A stretch of DNA of 64,000 nucleotides from Eledone cirrhosa (taxonomy: Eukaryota). Below the pieces are notes generated by a model. The model was given only the letters and a program-made list of their open reading frames with translations, did no database searches and was not told the DNA's origin. Positions within the stretch are counted from its first letter, which is position 1. Each line of letters opens with the position of its first letter. The stretch is taken from NCBI GenBank assembly GCA_964016885.1, contig OZ024741.1:41912001-41976000 (forward strand), read 5' to 3'. Of the stretch, positions 1 to 13,189 are shown piece by piece. Both the position numbers and the translations under genes were made by a program.

Positions 1-497
1 CACTTTTCTAATATTGTAACAACTTGTGTCCAAAGTGAACAGTTGTTGAGATGAATATAAGATAATAGTAATGCTTAGTCTCGTAGTCTCAAATTTAACA
101 TTTATTTTCAATTAGAGAGTAGAGGTTAATTGTTCCACCATTATCCTCAATTTTATAATGATAAAATCAAAAAGGTGAGTATGAGTGGGTGAGAGAATCA
201 GTATTTTCTCAAATGAAATACAACTAAATTAGAATATGTGTATACATGCATATTAATAAGTGGAAGGAAGCAACAAAAGATGGAGACCAAAAAGAAAAAT
301 AAGCCCTGATCAGAGGAGGTGGAAGCTGATCTTAGGAAACAAAACTTTATAAAGGAGATGGAGACGACAAAGAAAAAAAGAATAGAGAGATACTATACTG
401 GAGAAGATTGCAATGAACTTTTTGACATGACGAAATAAAGGAAAAGTGAATATAACAACTTTTTGGGGCTTTTTTATTTTTTAAATAGTTAAAATTA

Positions 498-694
498 CCA
501 TATATACTTGGATATAAGTCAACCCCCTCCCCTATTTTATGTCTGAGAAATGGGTAAAAATCCAAACCCCATTTATAAGACAAGGCAGCTAATCAACACA
601 TGGTTTAGATGGCATATTAAAGCTGACCCACCAATTTTACCATCAATTGTTTGGTGGGTCACATATTTCTCAGCTTATGTTTGAGTATATACAG
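498..694. mobile_element. Tc2/pogo-type MITE, copy 1
   Basis: Imperfect TIRs CCATATATACTTGGATATAAG ... CTTATGTTTGAGTATATACAG, TA on the left; homologous along its length to 16544-16732. Confidence 0.7.
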
Positions 695-1292
695 TTTACT
701 CAGCTGTAGAAATGAGATGATAGGACTGGGTCCCTATCATTAAATTACCTAAGACACCTCCAGCAAGATATACCTTGGAGGAGGCCAGCTAGACCTGCAT
801 AGGTGTGAGCTGTCACACACACACATAGCTGTATACATGGGAAAAGTACTGTATATGTTGGAGCGAACACCTTAATTCTAATTTCCTCAGTTTCAACACA
901 CTGTCTCAGATAAAATAAGTACAACTTTAAAATTATTTTATGCAAACTGAAAGTGCCTGCTAAAACACAGACAGATGAGTTGCCTTCAAAATGGTAGACC
1001 AATGATTTAAATTATAATATGATAGGCATGATGCACGAGTGTGTGTCCGTGAAACATATACATACACACCAGGTCCAAACACAAAGGAACCAAACTCCCA
1101 CTGTCACTGCCCCCCGTCTCTCCCCATCTCTCACTATTATGAGCAAATAGGAGCCCATGCTCTGGATGGCCCGCGGCCCCAGCAGACAGAATAGAAACAC
1201 AGTGCAAGAACCATTCCAGTTTGCAAGTCTCACAGATTAGTTTCTTAGTTCAAATCTTGCTTAACTATCAATTTTAATTATCATTGAGTTAA

Positions 1293-1732
1293 CACTTTTG
1301 ATACTAAACTGCCTGAAACTGTCCCTGCTTATATAATAGGAAGTTGTTTGTTTTCATTGTTTATATCTAAACCTTCCATTATGATGTTAAATGGGCTGGA
1401 TTGGCAGTATCGGTAGAGGGTCAGACGTCATGCTTTGATGTATAGAGTTACGGCCCTTGCCATTCTGATTCAAATCCCACCGAGGTTAACTTTGCCTTTC
1501 ATCCTTACGGGGTCGATAAAATAAAGTACCAGTAATGCACTGGGTAATTGCTGGCCTTGTGCCAAAAGTAGAAACAATTATAATGTTAAAGAAAATTTTC
1601 TTAAATCATGTCTCAGACACCAGCTTAATAATGTTAAAGTTATTTTATTAAATCTTTACAGATTCTTAATTGTTTTCAAAATTATTTGAAAGTTGCTGGC
1701 TGTCTTTTATTAAAAATTTGGTAACAAAAGGG
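1293..1732. mobile_element. TTAA-flanked (piggyBac-like) MITE, family 1, interrupted by a SINE
   Basis: TTAA|CACTTTTGATAC ... GTAACAAAAGGG|TTAA; related copies at 19951-20157, 31199-31415 and 37100-37481. Confidence 0.7.
1393..1580 (+). mobile_element. tRNA-derived SINE family A, full length
   Basis: A-box-like TGGCAGTATCGG, B-box-like ATTCAAATCC, core CTTTGCCTTTCATCCTTACGGGGTCGATAAAATAAAGTACCAG, tail AGTAGAAACAATT; near-TSD ttatgatgttaaa/ttataatgttaaa. Confidence 0.9.
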
Positions 1733-2799
1733 TTAAAAACATTGCTATTATATTATCTACAAGCATTTATATAAAAAGTGCATTCAAATGTTTCTAATAA
1801 TATTAGTAAATGAAAGTAGTAAAGGTAGCCAGATAAATATTGGTGAAAATTAGGTTAGAAAATAGCCTAGACGAATAAACCATATTAATTCAACTGCAAC
1901 CAGAAAATGTAATTATGTTGTGAGAGACCTTATGATAATAGACAGTGCAACTCAGTATACAAAATAAAACTGGCAAAGCTAATAAAAAATACTGGATTGT
2001 CTTGTTGTGCTTCTGTAAATGAAAGAAATGTGATCGATAGTGAATGTAGTGGTATTGACTTAATAATAGCTAGATTAAGAAGTTTAGAAAGGTAAAACAA
2101 TCATTTTATGGCTGTTTTCCATAGGTTAGATGGGTTGTCATGGTCAAAACCTAGATGGGACAATTTTTTACCATGGCTTCTACAGCACGATGCCCTTCCT
2201 AATGCCAACCACTTTACAGAGTGTACTAGGTGCATTTTGTCATGGCATTTGCATTACCACTTTACAGAGAGTACAGGATGTATTATTTCATGGCAGCAAT
2301 ACCACTTTTCAGTGCACTGGGTATATTTTATTTACTGTCAAGTTTTTAATGTTAAATAAAATGTACCCAGTTGGAATTACTGTTATGTATTACAAGGGCT
2401 AATTGTGTAATAAGGTGATCACAGTACACTTTGTAAAATGACTGATAATAGGAAGAGTATCCAGCAGTAGGAAACCTGCCAAAGAAAGGTTGGGAGGACT
2501 CATCAGTTGTGTCAATGACATGACAGCCTCCTAGTGCTAGTGTCACAATAAAATGCACTCAGGAGGTGAAAAGAAAATATGTGAGATGTAGGCTCTCAGC
2601 CCATCTGTGTGTCAGGAACTCTGCTTGAGTATTGACTCAGTCTGTGAAGACCTGTCAAACCCTAGCTAGCAGGAAAGATAGACTTTAACCCTTTAGCATT
2701 TAAACCAGCCATATCTGGCCAGAATTCTCACCTCTTCCTGTTCAAACTGCCAGTAACCGGTCACTCATATTGATGTTAAGGTTTTGTTGTCAAAATAAA

Positions 2800-2985
2800 T
2801 AATTGTTTCTACTTTTGGCACAGGGCCAGCAATTATCTCAGTGCATTACTGGTACTTTATTTTATCGACCCTGTAAGGATGAAAAGTAAAGTTAACCTCG
2901 CCGGGATTTGAACTAAGAATGGCAAGGGCATAACTATGCATCAAAGCATTGCAACCGACCTACCGATACTGCCAATCCACTGCCT
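2800..2985 (-). mobile_element. SINE family A, following the left part of a family-2 TTAA MITE that starts at 2689
   Basis: Reverse complement of the family A head, core and tail. Confidence 0.85.
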
Positions 2986-3130
2986 CTCAAAAAGGGGGGG
3001 AGGGGGCAAAACTAAAAGCCACAACAAGTTCACTGCTTCTAAGAACTCAATACAATGTAGAAAACTAACACTTTTTAACCATATTTTCTACTGATTAACA
3101 GAGTTCTAGATATTCAAATTAATTTTTTAA

Positions 3131-3388
3131 CCCTTTAGCATTTAAACCGGCCATATCCGGCCAGAATTCTTTCACCTTTTTTGTTCAAACCGGCTGTAAC
3201 CAGTCACTCATACTAATGTTAAGGTATTGTTCTCAAAGTAAATAAATCAAAATCTCGTAGCTTCGATATTATGTGAGATAATTATGTGAGATAATTATGT
3301 GAGGTAATTATGTGAGGTAATTATGTGAGGTAAAGCCTTTACCACAAAAGTACAATAGTATATATAAAGTAATGTAAATGCTAAAGGG
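3131..3388. mobile_element. piggyBac-like MITE, family 2, complete
   Basis: TTAA|CCCTTTAGCATTTA ... TAAATGCTAAAGGG|TTAA, 14-bp perfect TIR and TTAA TSD; internal 12-bp tandem (ATTATGTGAGRT)x5 at ~3268-3331; relatives at 2689-2795 and 36363-36561. Confidence 0.85.
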
Positions 3389-3937
3389 TTAAACACTCAA
3401 AAAGGTTAAAAGATTAGTAAAAGATCTAAATTTATCGTTATTAAACTGGTGTTTAGAACACGAAAAGTTCTTACATAGAATTAATAGAACAACAGCAACA
3501 CAAGCATCTTATGGGCATTTAATTTGCTCAAAGCTGGGGTTAGCCTTGCAGGCCTTATGATAGGGTTCATATTCATCATAAGGTCCATTTTGAAGCAATA
3601 TTTTAAAAGAGAATAACCATTTAAGCATTTCTTAAAATGTCCAGAGATAGGTGTACCTATTCTAAGCCAGATGATACACATAACATAAATAAAATTATGA
3701 CAAGACATTACGTTCATAAGCTCAATACCCTACCCATAACATGACTTCGCAATTACAAATAAATAGAGGAAAGGAATATAAATTAACAGATTATTGACTT
3801 GCATACTCTATATAATGGTATGTGTTACACAAAACAGAAAACCTAAAACTGCTGTTTTCAATTTAATAGAGTGTTAACTATAAAAGAAAACAAACAAATA
3901 TATTTTTCTCTTACAAAATATTCAAACATTTATTTAT

Positions 3938-4063
3938 TTATATATATAAATATATATATATGTGTGTGTAAATATGTATATATGTAAATGTATATTATAT
4001 ATATATGTAAATGTATAATATATATATATATATGTAAATGTATAATATATATATATGTAAATG

Positions 4064-4103
<40 letters not shown>

Positions 4104-4400
4104 AATATATATACAAATGTATATTATACATATACATGTACATTTTTATATATATATATAAATTTATATACATATATATAAATTTATATACATATATATA
4201 TATAAATTTATATACATATATATATAAATTTATATACATATATATATAAATTTATATACATATATATATATAAATTTATATACATATATATATATAAATT
4301 TATATACATATATATAAATTTATATACATATATATAAATTTATATACATATATATATATAAATTTATATACATATATATACACACACACACACACATTTA
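3938..4400. repeat. Compound (TA)n micro/minisatellite
   Basis: TA runs punctuated by GTAAATGTATAA and AAATTTATATAC units. Confidence 0.95.
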
Positions 4401-4775
4401 CACTTGTGAATTTAAAAAAAAAGATAGAATGCTATCAATATTAATTGACAAGACAATTTTGCCCACATTACAAAATATTTCAAAATATGTCCTCCCATGC
4501 AGGCTTATTTCAACATTTTATTCTGTTTATATATGGCTTACTGATAAATATTTATATTTCAAGACATTTGCTGTCGTTCTAGCATTATAGATTTCAATAT
4601 ATCATAAATTTAACAAAGTTTTTTTATTTATTTATTTATTCTATTATTTGTTTGTTTGTTTGGTTTTTAAAATTCTAAAATGTAGAAAAATAAAAAAATT
4701 AAACAAATACTGAAACAAGATGAAAATATTTCTGTCTGGTTATGATGAAGATGATAATGCTATCAAAGCAAAAAT

Positions 4776-4819
<44 letters not shown>

Positions 4820-4823
<4 letters not shown>

Positions 4824-5001
4824 GTTTCTACTTTTGGCACAAGGCCAGCAAATTACCCAGTGCATTACTGGTACTTTATTTTATCGACCCCGTAAGGATG
4901 AAAGGCAAAGTTAACCTCGGTGGGATTTGAACTCAGAATGGCAAGGACTGTAACTCTATGCTGGAAAGCATGGCGTCCAACCCTCTACCGATACTGCCAA
5001 T
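4820..5001 (-). mobile_element. SINE family A in a (TA)n tract
   Basis: Family A core and tail on the minus strand, with TA runs on both sides. Confidence 0.9.
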
Positions 5002-5008
5002 ATATATA

Positions 5009-5953
5009 TAATAATAATGAAAATATTGTGTACAGTGCTCAGGTGCACTACAACTCATCAAAAGTGTATGTATAGTACATAGGGTAATGTACAAACGTCA
5101 GGAAAATTAACAGTGCATGAGTCATGATATACACGTGTGTGCATGTGTATGGAAGGGGGACATCAGGTGTAGTTTTGGCGAATTTCGGGAAGCATTTTGT
5201 TTGTTCTATGCTTCAGCAACTCCAAGCGTGAAAAAAATGTTTCCGAAAGTCATGGGAGCTGTGCTGCTTTCTGACTTTGTAGGCATGTCCACGTGTGTTA
5301 GACACATGGAGATCAAAAAGGTGCTCAGGGCTGTTGTTGGCGAGATGGTTAATAACTTTGTGGGTCTTTACCAAGTCCATTGCCAGACGTCGGAGCTTCA
5401 ATGAATCCATGCCCAGGGAAGCAAGCCGTTCAGAGTATGGTAGGTGTCTGATGGAGGGTATGCGGTTGGTTGCACGTCTCTGAACAGTTTCCAGGCGGTC
5501 AATGTTCTGAGCAAGATAGGGGTTCCAGACTGATGATGCGAATTCCAAGTGTGGTCGTACCATAGCTGTATACAGCTTTAAATAGATGGCTGGAGAGTGG
5601 CTAACAAAGGTCTTGCTGAGTGATGCCAAGACACCCTCGGCCTTCTTGACAATTTTAGAGCTATGCTTTGTCCAACGTAAATCGTTGCTGACAGTAATGC
5701 TCAGGTCACGTTCACAAGAGGACTTCTTGATATCAGTGTTGTGGAGGGAGTATGTGGACGCTGGATTTTTCCTCCCAAAATACATGGTGGTACACTTGTC
5801 CACAGCCAGCTTCAGTTGCCAATCTGTGATCCATTGCTGCATTGTGTCCAGGTCTGATTGTAGGAAAGAGTTATAGATTTCAGGATCTGTCCTTTTGATT
5901 TCAAGGTACAGCTTGCATCTGCATATTTCTGTACTGTGGCATTCTTTAAGTTG
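5009..5953 (-). mobile_element. CR1-clade LINE, 5'-truncated (RT C-terminus plus 3' UTR)
   Basis: ORF 5213..6133 encodes LQSDLD...W...KC, RDL, LYTAMVRPHLEFASSVWNPY, LETVQRRAT, YSERL and LRR, typical of CR1 ORF2; frameshifted KYAD motif near 5920; short (TTA)n tail. Confidence 0.9.
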
Positions 5954-6199
5954 TGTGTGTGGTGTGTGTGGTGTGTGGGTATGTGTGTAACTACAGTTGC
6001 AGATGGCATGCCGTTCAAAGCACTCAATGCTGTTATGGGGTCCATCTATGGCTGTGTTGTGCAGAGTGTAAACAGTAAGCAGAATAGGAGTCAGTGCTGC
6101 AGCATATGTACAAACTTTATTGACATATTGCAATTGTTTTGATATCGATCAGCTCAGAGTATAATCATAATGACAAGGCCTGACTCTTCTTCAACATCT

Positions 6200-6478
6200 C
6201 ATTAGATATGCAAATTTATCTAAGGTCTCAAACGAGAAATCTCTCTATTTCAAGGTTTTCAATATATTTTAAATGTAGCCTTACATACATAAATATAAAA
6301 TAACCTAAGCTCCTTCAGATGGGTTCTGAATAATCCAAAATACATCTGGAGAATTTAGGCATGTTTATATCTATGAAACCACTGGTAATGCATGAGTTAG
6401 TCACTTAATACAAATATTCTTGACTTCCATATTATGAGTCAATTGCACTTTTCATTTATTTGTAGCCATCCTTGTATC
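6200..6478. mobile_element. Interspersed repeat, probable Tc1/mariner-type element end
   Basis: About 270 bp aligning by eye to 19035-19302, which ends in TTTGTGCCCATCCCTG|TA. Confidence 0.6.
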
Positions 6479-6509
6479 CATATATTCCTTCAATCTTTTA
6501 CTAAATTCA

Positions 6510-6784
6510 GTCATTAGACTGTAGTCAGACTGGAGCCAATTATACCGACCTCAGTACATATTTTATCAGTCTCATTTTGCCACACTGCTAAGTTACAAAA
6601 CATAAACACTAAATCTACATGTGACAGGCTTCCATACAACTTCCGTCTACCAAATTTCACTCTAACGACATTGATTAACCAAAGGTTATAGCAGAAGATA
6701 CTCGCACAAGGTGCCACACTAGGAATAGAACAGAAAACCATGTTTGCTAGACAAATTCTTTAATTATACAGGCATGCCTGCACC
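6510..6784 (-). mobile_element. tRNA-derived SINE family C, old copy
   Basis: Minus strand reads GGTGCAGGCATG...TGTGGCACCTTG..GAGTATCTTCTGCTATA...GAAATTTGGTAGACGGAAG; relatives at ~39830-39975, 42860-42975, 36950-37085 and 23400-23520. Confidence 0.65.
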
Positions 6785-6837
6785 TGTGGTGCATGTGTGT
6801 GTATGGAGAGGGAGGGGTGTTGAGGGACTGGGGAAAA

Positions 6838-7467
6838 GGGAGATAGAGGGAGAGTTTGAGCGAGAGAGAGAAGGAGAGTGGGCGAGAGAGAGCAAGAGGG
6901 CAAGAGGGAGAGTGAGCGAGAGAGGGCGAGAGGGCAAGAGAGAGAGAGAGGGCGAGAGAGAGAGGGCGAGAGGGCAAGAGAGAGAGGGAGAGAGAGAGGG
7001 CGAGAGGGCAAGAGAGAGAGGGAGAGAGAGAGAGGGAGAGAGAGAGAGGGAGAGAGGGCAAGAGAAAGAGGGCGAGAGAGCGAGAGGGCAAGAGAGAGAG
7101 GGCGAGAGGGCGAGAGGGCAAGAGAGAGAGGGCGAGAGAGAGGGTGAGAGAGAGGGTGAGAGAGAGGGCGAGAGGGCAAGAGAGAGAGGGCGAGAGAGAG
7201 GGAGAGAGGGCAAGGGCGAGAGGGCAAGTGAGAGAGGGGGCGAGAGGGCGAGAGAGCGAGAGAGAGAGAGAGAGAGAGAGGGCAAGAGAGAGAGGGCGAG
7301 AGGGCGAGAGGGCAAGAGAGAGAGGGCGAGAGAGAGGGTGAGAGAGAGGGCGAGAGGGCAAGAGAGAGAGGGCGAGAGAGAGGGAGAGAGGGCAAGGGCG
7401 AGAGGGCAAGAGAGAGAGGGCGAGAGAGAGGGAGAGAGGGCAAGGGCGAGAGGGCAAGTGAGAGAGG

Positions 7468-7500
<33 letters not shown>

Positions 7501-8212
7501 CGAGAGGGGGCGAGAGAGAGGGACCGAGAGGGGGCGAGAGAGGGGGCGAGAGAGGGAGCGAGAGGGAGTGAGAGGAGGCGAGAGAGGGAGCGAGAGGGTG
7601 CGTGAGAGGGAGCGAGAGGGGGCGTGAGAGGCAGTGAGAGGGAGCGAGAGGGGGCGAGAGAGGGAGCGAGAGAGGGGGCGAGAGAGGGAGCGAGAGAGGG
7701 AGCGAGAGAGGGAGTGAGAGAGGGAGCGAGAGAGGGAGCGAGAGAGGAGCTAGAGAGGGAGCGAGAGAGGGAGCGAGAGAGGGCGAGAGAGGGAGCGAGA
7801 GAGGGGGAGAGAGAGGGGGCGAGAGCGAGAGAGGGAGCGAGAGCGAGAGAGGGAGAGGGAGCGAGAGAGGGAGCAGGAGCGAGAGAGGGAGCGAGAGCGA
7901 GAGAGGGGGCGAGAGAGAGAGAGGGGGCGAGAGAGAGAGGGCGAGAGAGGGGGGGAGAGGGGGGGAGGGGGGTCGAGAGAGAGAGGTGAAGGCGAGAGAG
8001 AGAGAGGGGTGGAGGTGAGTGGAAGAGAGAGAAAGAGGGCGACAGGGAGAGAGAGAAAGAGGGCAGGAGAGTGACATAGTTGCATGGAAAATAGATGCAA
8101 AATTATATATATTAGACACGCACACAAACAAGCATAAACAAACACAGAGAGAGAGAGAGAGAGAGAGAGAGTGAGTGAGAGAGGGAGAGGGAGAGAGAGA
8201 GAGAGAGAGAGG
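6838..8212. repeat. GA-rich polypurine minisatellite
   Basis: Variants of GAGAGAGGGC/GAGAGGGAGC; source of the ER-rich and SL-rich ORFs. Confidence 0.95.
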
Positions 8213-8426
8213 GATAATTGATTGAAGTTTTTGTATATTTAGTTATATTTGTCAAGAAATACATACAAGAGGTGATGTGGCAAAGTAAACATTTAATTGT
8301 AGATATTAAAATAGATGTGAAAACAGAAATATTATACCTACATTGTAAGTCTAAGTAAGATATATGAAACGAAGCGTATACATAAATATATATATATATA
8401 TATGTATGTATATATATATATATATG

Positions 8427-8471
<45 letters not shown>

Positions 8472-8486
8472 ATATATATATGTATG

Positions 8487-8517
<31 letters not shown>

Positions 8518-8540
8518 GTATGTATATATATATGTATGTA

Positions 8541-9216
8541 CACTTTCGAGACCTTCAAGATAATAAAGAATCATCTGTACTCTACCAACATGCTAAGATA
8601 GAACACAAGGGTAAATTAGAGAACATAGAAATAAAAATAGAATCTACACACAGAAAAGACGCAATGTTTAGACAAATTACAGAGGCAATAAACATAAAAG
8701 AATTACAACCAAAATTAAATAGAAAATATGAGTGGAACAGCAACATCACAACTTACAATTAAGGACAAAACGAAAACACACACACACATAGAACAAACAA
8801 CCAACCAGTAACATGTAAATAAACAAATAGATAAATGAACATAAACACACACAGACACCGGGATGTGGCACATGCACAGACTGAGCACACAACACACACA
8901 CAGAAACAAAATGGCGTAGGACAGAACAAAGGAGAGGCACAGAAACAAAGAAAGGAATCCCCAGTCACTGAAGAGGTCACAGAGTGTGTGACGAAAGAAC
9001 TATGACTATATATAAACAACTATCTGGTTGTGGAACCAACCAACCAACCAGAAATTTATAAATTTGTAAATTTATAAATATATAATAAATTGAAGTGAAA
9101 GCAACTGGTGCGTGTGTTTCTTATTGACAACATGACCCTCCCAAAGTATAACAATATCGGTTTCAACACACGATTTCAGATAAAGAATCTTGCTAAACAA
9201 ATTCAGAAACGAAATA
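8541..9216 (+). mobile_element. Penelope-like element 3' end: GIY-YIG endonuclease C-terminus plus pseudo-LTR
   Basis: 8541-8762 translates [24 protein letters not shown]...[22 protein letters not shown], matching the H..S.L..H...H / R...EAI.I....P.LN pattern of PLE GIY-YIG domains; followed by a hammerhead; bounded by TA tracts. Confidence 0.85.
8963..9007 (+). ncRNA. Minimal type-I hammerhead ribozyme
   Basis: AGTCA-CTGAAGA-G.GTCACA gagtg TGTGAC-GAAA-GAAC-TA-TGACT: 5-bp stem I, stem II with one extra G, minimal stem III, CUA triplet. Confidence 0.75.
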
Positions 9217-9274
9217 TTAATATATATATATATATTAATATATATATTAATATATATATATATATATATTAATA

Positions 9275-9322
<48 letters not shown>

Positions 9323-9390
9323 TATATATATATATATTAATATATATATATATATATATTAATATATATATATATATATTAATATATATA

Positions 9391-10071
9391 TATAACAAAG
9401 TGCAGGGCAATAAAGATAGACGGTAGCCACGGAGTAGGCAGACCCAGAAAAACATGGGACGAGCTGATAAATTCCGACCTCACACGCTTACACCTCTCCA
9501 AGACAATGTCACTGGACCGAGACCTTTGGCGGTACTCAGTAATAGAGAAGACCCGCCTTACCTAAATACAAAGTAAAAACCTACTACAGTCAGTAGGCAT
9601 CTCTATCAAAACACCCCCCGTCCCAACAACTCCACCCCATCCACACCGCCCCTTTCAATGTAAAGTTATGTTGGTCCCACAACATCCAGGCCGAAACAAA
9701 TGAGATCGTGTAGGTGTCACGACAAAAAAACACACAGTCCACGCTGTAAATGTGGCCGTGTAGGCAACACGGTAAAAACCTCCCAGCCCCACACTGTAAA
9801 TGTGGTTGGTGTTAGGAAGGGCATCCAGCTGTAGAAAACCCGCCAGACAGTCTACGCTGTAATGTGGCCGTGTAGGCAACACGGTAAAAACCTCCCAGCC
9901 CCACACTGTAAATGTGGTTGGTGTTAGGAAGGGCATCCAACTGTAGAAAACCCGCCAGACAGTCCTATGCGAGCAAGACAACTACTCTTGCCTCAAGTGG
10001 GAAAAGCCCCGTCCAAACCCATGCAAGCGTGGAACACGGACGCTAAACCTGATTATGATGATGATGATGAT
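9391..10071 (+). mobile_element. Young RTE LINE 3' end with long 3' UTR and (GAT)n tail
   Basis: Encodes [24 protein letters not shown]...[12 protein letters not shown]; near-identical to the 3' part of 52212-53251 (minus), including an internal ~110-bp duplication. Confidence 0.9.
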
Positions 10072-11062
10072 ATATATATATATATATATATATTAATATA
10101 TATATATGTATTAATATATATATATATATATATATTAATATATATACATATTAATATATATATATACATATTAATATATATATATACATGTTAATATACA
10201 TATATATATATTAATATATATATATATATTAATATATATATATATATTAATATATTTATATATATATTAATATATTTATATATATATTAATATATTTATA
10301 TATATATTAATATATTTATATATATATTAATATATTTATATATATATTAATATATTTATATATATATTAATATATTTATATATATATTAATATATTTATA
10401 TATATATTAATATATTTATATATATATTAATATATTTATATATATATTAATATATATATATATATATTAATATATATATATATATATACATATTAATATA
10501 TATATATACATATTAATATATATATATACATATTAATATATATATATACATATTAATATATATATATATATATTAATATATATATATATACATATTAATA
10601 TATATATATATACATATTAATATATATATATATACATATTAATATATATATATATACATATTAATATATATATATATATATATATTAACATATATATATA
10701 CATATTAATATATATATATACATATTAATATATATATATACATATTAATATATATATATACATATTAATATATATATATACATATTAATATATATATATA
10801 CATATTAATATATATATATACATATTAATATATATATATACATATTAATATATATATATATATATTAATATATATATATACATATTAATATATATATATA
10901 TATATTAATATATATATATACATATTAATATATATATTAATATATATATATATATTAATATATACATATTAATATATATATTAATATATATATATATATT
11001 AATATATACATATATATATATTAATATATATATATATATATTAATATATATATATATATATA

Positions 11063-11102
<40 letters not shown>

Positions 11103-11491
11103 TATATATATATATTAATATATATATATATATATATTAATATATATATATTAATATATATATATATATATATTAATATATATATATATATATATTAATA
11201 TATATATATACATATGTATGTATATATATTAATATATATATACATACATATGTATGTATATATATTAATATATATATACATACATATGTATGTATGTATG
11301 TATATATATTAATATATATATACATACATATGTATGTATGTATGTATATATATTAATATATATATACATACATATGTATGTATGTATATATATTAATATA
11401 TATATACATACATATGTATGTATGTATATATATTAATATATATATACATACATATGTATGTATGTATATATATTAATATATATATACATAC

Positions 11492-11522
<31 letters not shown>

Positions 11523-11572
11523 TATATATTAATATATATATACATACATATGTATATATATATTAATATATA

Positions 11573-11603
<31 letters not shown>

Positions 11604-11628
11604 GTATGTATATATATATTAATATATA

Positions 11629-11659
<31 letters not shown>

Positions 11660-12501
11660 GTATGTATATATATATTAATATATATACATACATACATATG
11701 TATGTATATATATATTAATATATATACATACATACATATGTATGTATATATATATTAATATATATACATACATACATACATATGTATGTATATATATATT
11801 AATATATATACATACATACATACATATGTATGTATATATATATTAATATATATACATACATATGTATATATATATTAATATATATACATACATATGTATA
11901 TATATATTAATATATATACATACATATGTATATATATATATTAATATATATATATATATATATTAATATATATATATATATATATTAATATATATATATT
12001 AATATATATATATATATATTAATATATATATATATTAATATATATATATATATATTAATATATATATATTAATATATATATATATATATATTAATATATA
12101 TATATATATATATTAATATATATATATACATATGTATGTATATATATTAATATATATATACATACATATGTATGTATATATATTAATATATATATACATA
12201 CATATGTATGTATGTATGTATATATATTAATATATATATACATACATATGTATGTATGTATGTATATATATTAATATATATATACATACATATGTATGTA
12301 TGTATATATATTAATATATATATACATACATATGTATGTATGTATATATATTAATATATATATACATACATATGTATGTATGTATATATATTAATATATA
12401 TATACATACATATGTATGTATGTATATATATTAATATATATATACATACATATGTATGTATGTATGTATGTATGTATATATATTAATATATATATACATA
12501 C

Positions 12502-12532
<31 letters not shown>

Positions 12533-12561
12533 TGTATATATATTAATATATATATACATAC

Positions 12562-12592
<31 letters not shown>

Positions 12593-12714
12593 TATATATT
12601 AATATATATATACATACATATGTATGTATGTATGTATGTATATTAATATATGTATGTATGTATATATATTCATATATGTATGTATATATATTCATATATG
12701 TATGTATGTATGTA

Positions 12715-12745
<31 letters not shown>

Positions 12746-12767
12746 ATGTATGTATGTATGTATGTAT
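10072..12767. repeat. 2.7 kb compound (TA)n / TTAA-punctuated / (TATG)n satellite
   Basis: Visible higher-order units, e.g. 20-bp TATATATTAATATATTTATA and TATATATATACATATTAATA. Confidence 0.95.
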
Positions 12768-13150
12768 GGCAGAATTCTAGGAGAAGGAAAACTCTGATAT
12801 AGCACCTGCAACCCTGATGGTATCCAATGATGTTGACTTGTTCTTCTTTTTGGTAAATATCATCTTGGTTAAGAGAGTGGGACTGGCTTTGTGCAGTGCC
12901 TTTGCTCACTATAAAAGCTTCACAGCACAGGCATTGCTTTATATCTGGAGATCTCTCTGCACTTGTCGTCACATGGCACCATGGGCCCAGCACTATGTGT
13001 CAATAATTGTCACAAGTGTAGTGTTTGTACCAGAGTTTTCAAGTCGCTGGCTGGACTAAAAAGTCACACTCGTTTAGCGCATCGGTAGGGGTTCTCCTAC
13101 ATGGATATAAAGTAGTGGTCGTACTCGAAAACGAGTTGGCAGCCACCATG
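12768..13150 (+). mobile_element. Non-autonomous RTE-derived element, 5'-truncated copy
   Basis: CTAGGAGAAGGAAAACTCTGA motif, then a C2H2 finger remnant CSVCTRVFKSLAGLKSHTRLAHR*, then a (TATG)n tail. Confidence 0.75.
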
Positions 13151-13189
13151 TATGTATGTATGTATGTATGTATGTATGTATGTATGTAT

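Noticed and set aside
749-794. Possible small minus-strand exon (CAG|GTCTAG...TTAG|GTAA)
   Set aside because: No polypyrimidine tract and no recognisable peptide; cannot be supported.
6744-8145. Glu/Arg-rich and Ser/Leu/Pro-rich ORFs
   Set aside because: GA minisatellite open in several frames on both strands; the same applies to 24646-25506.
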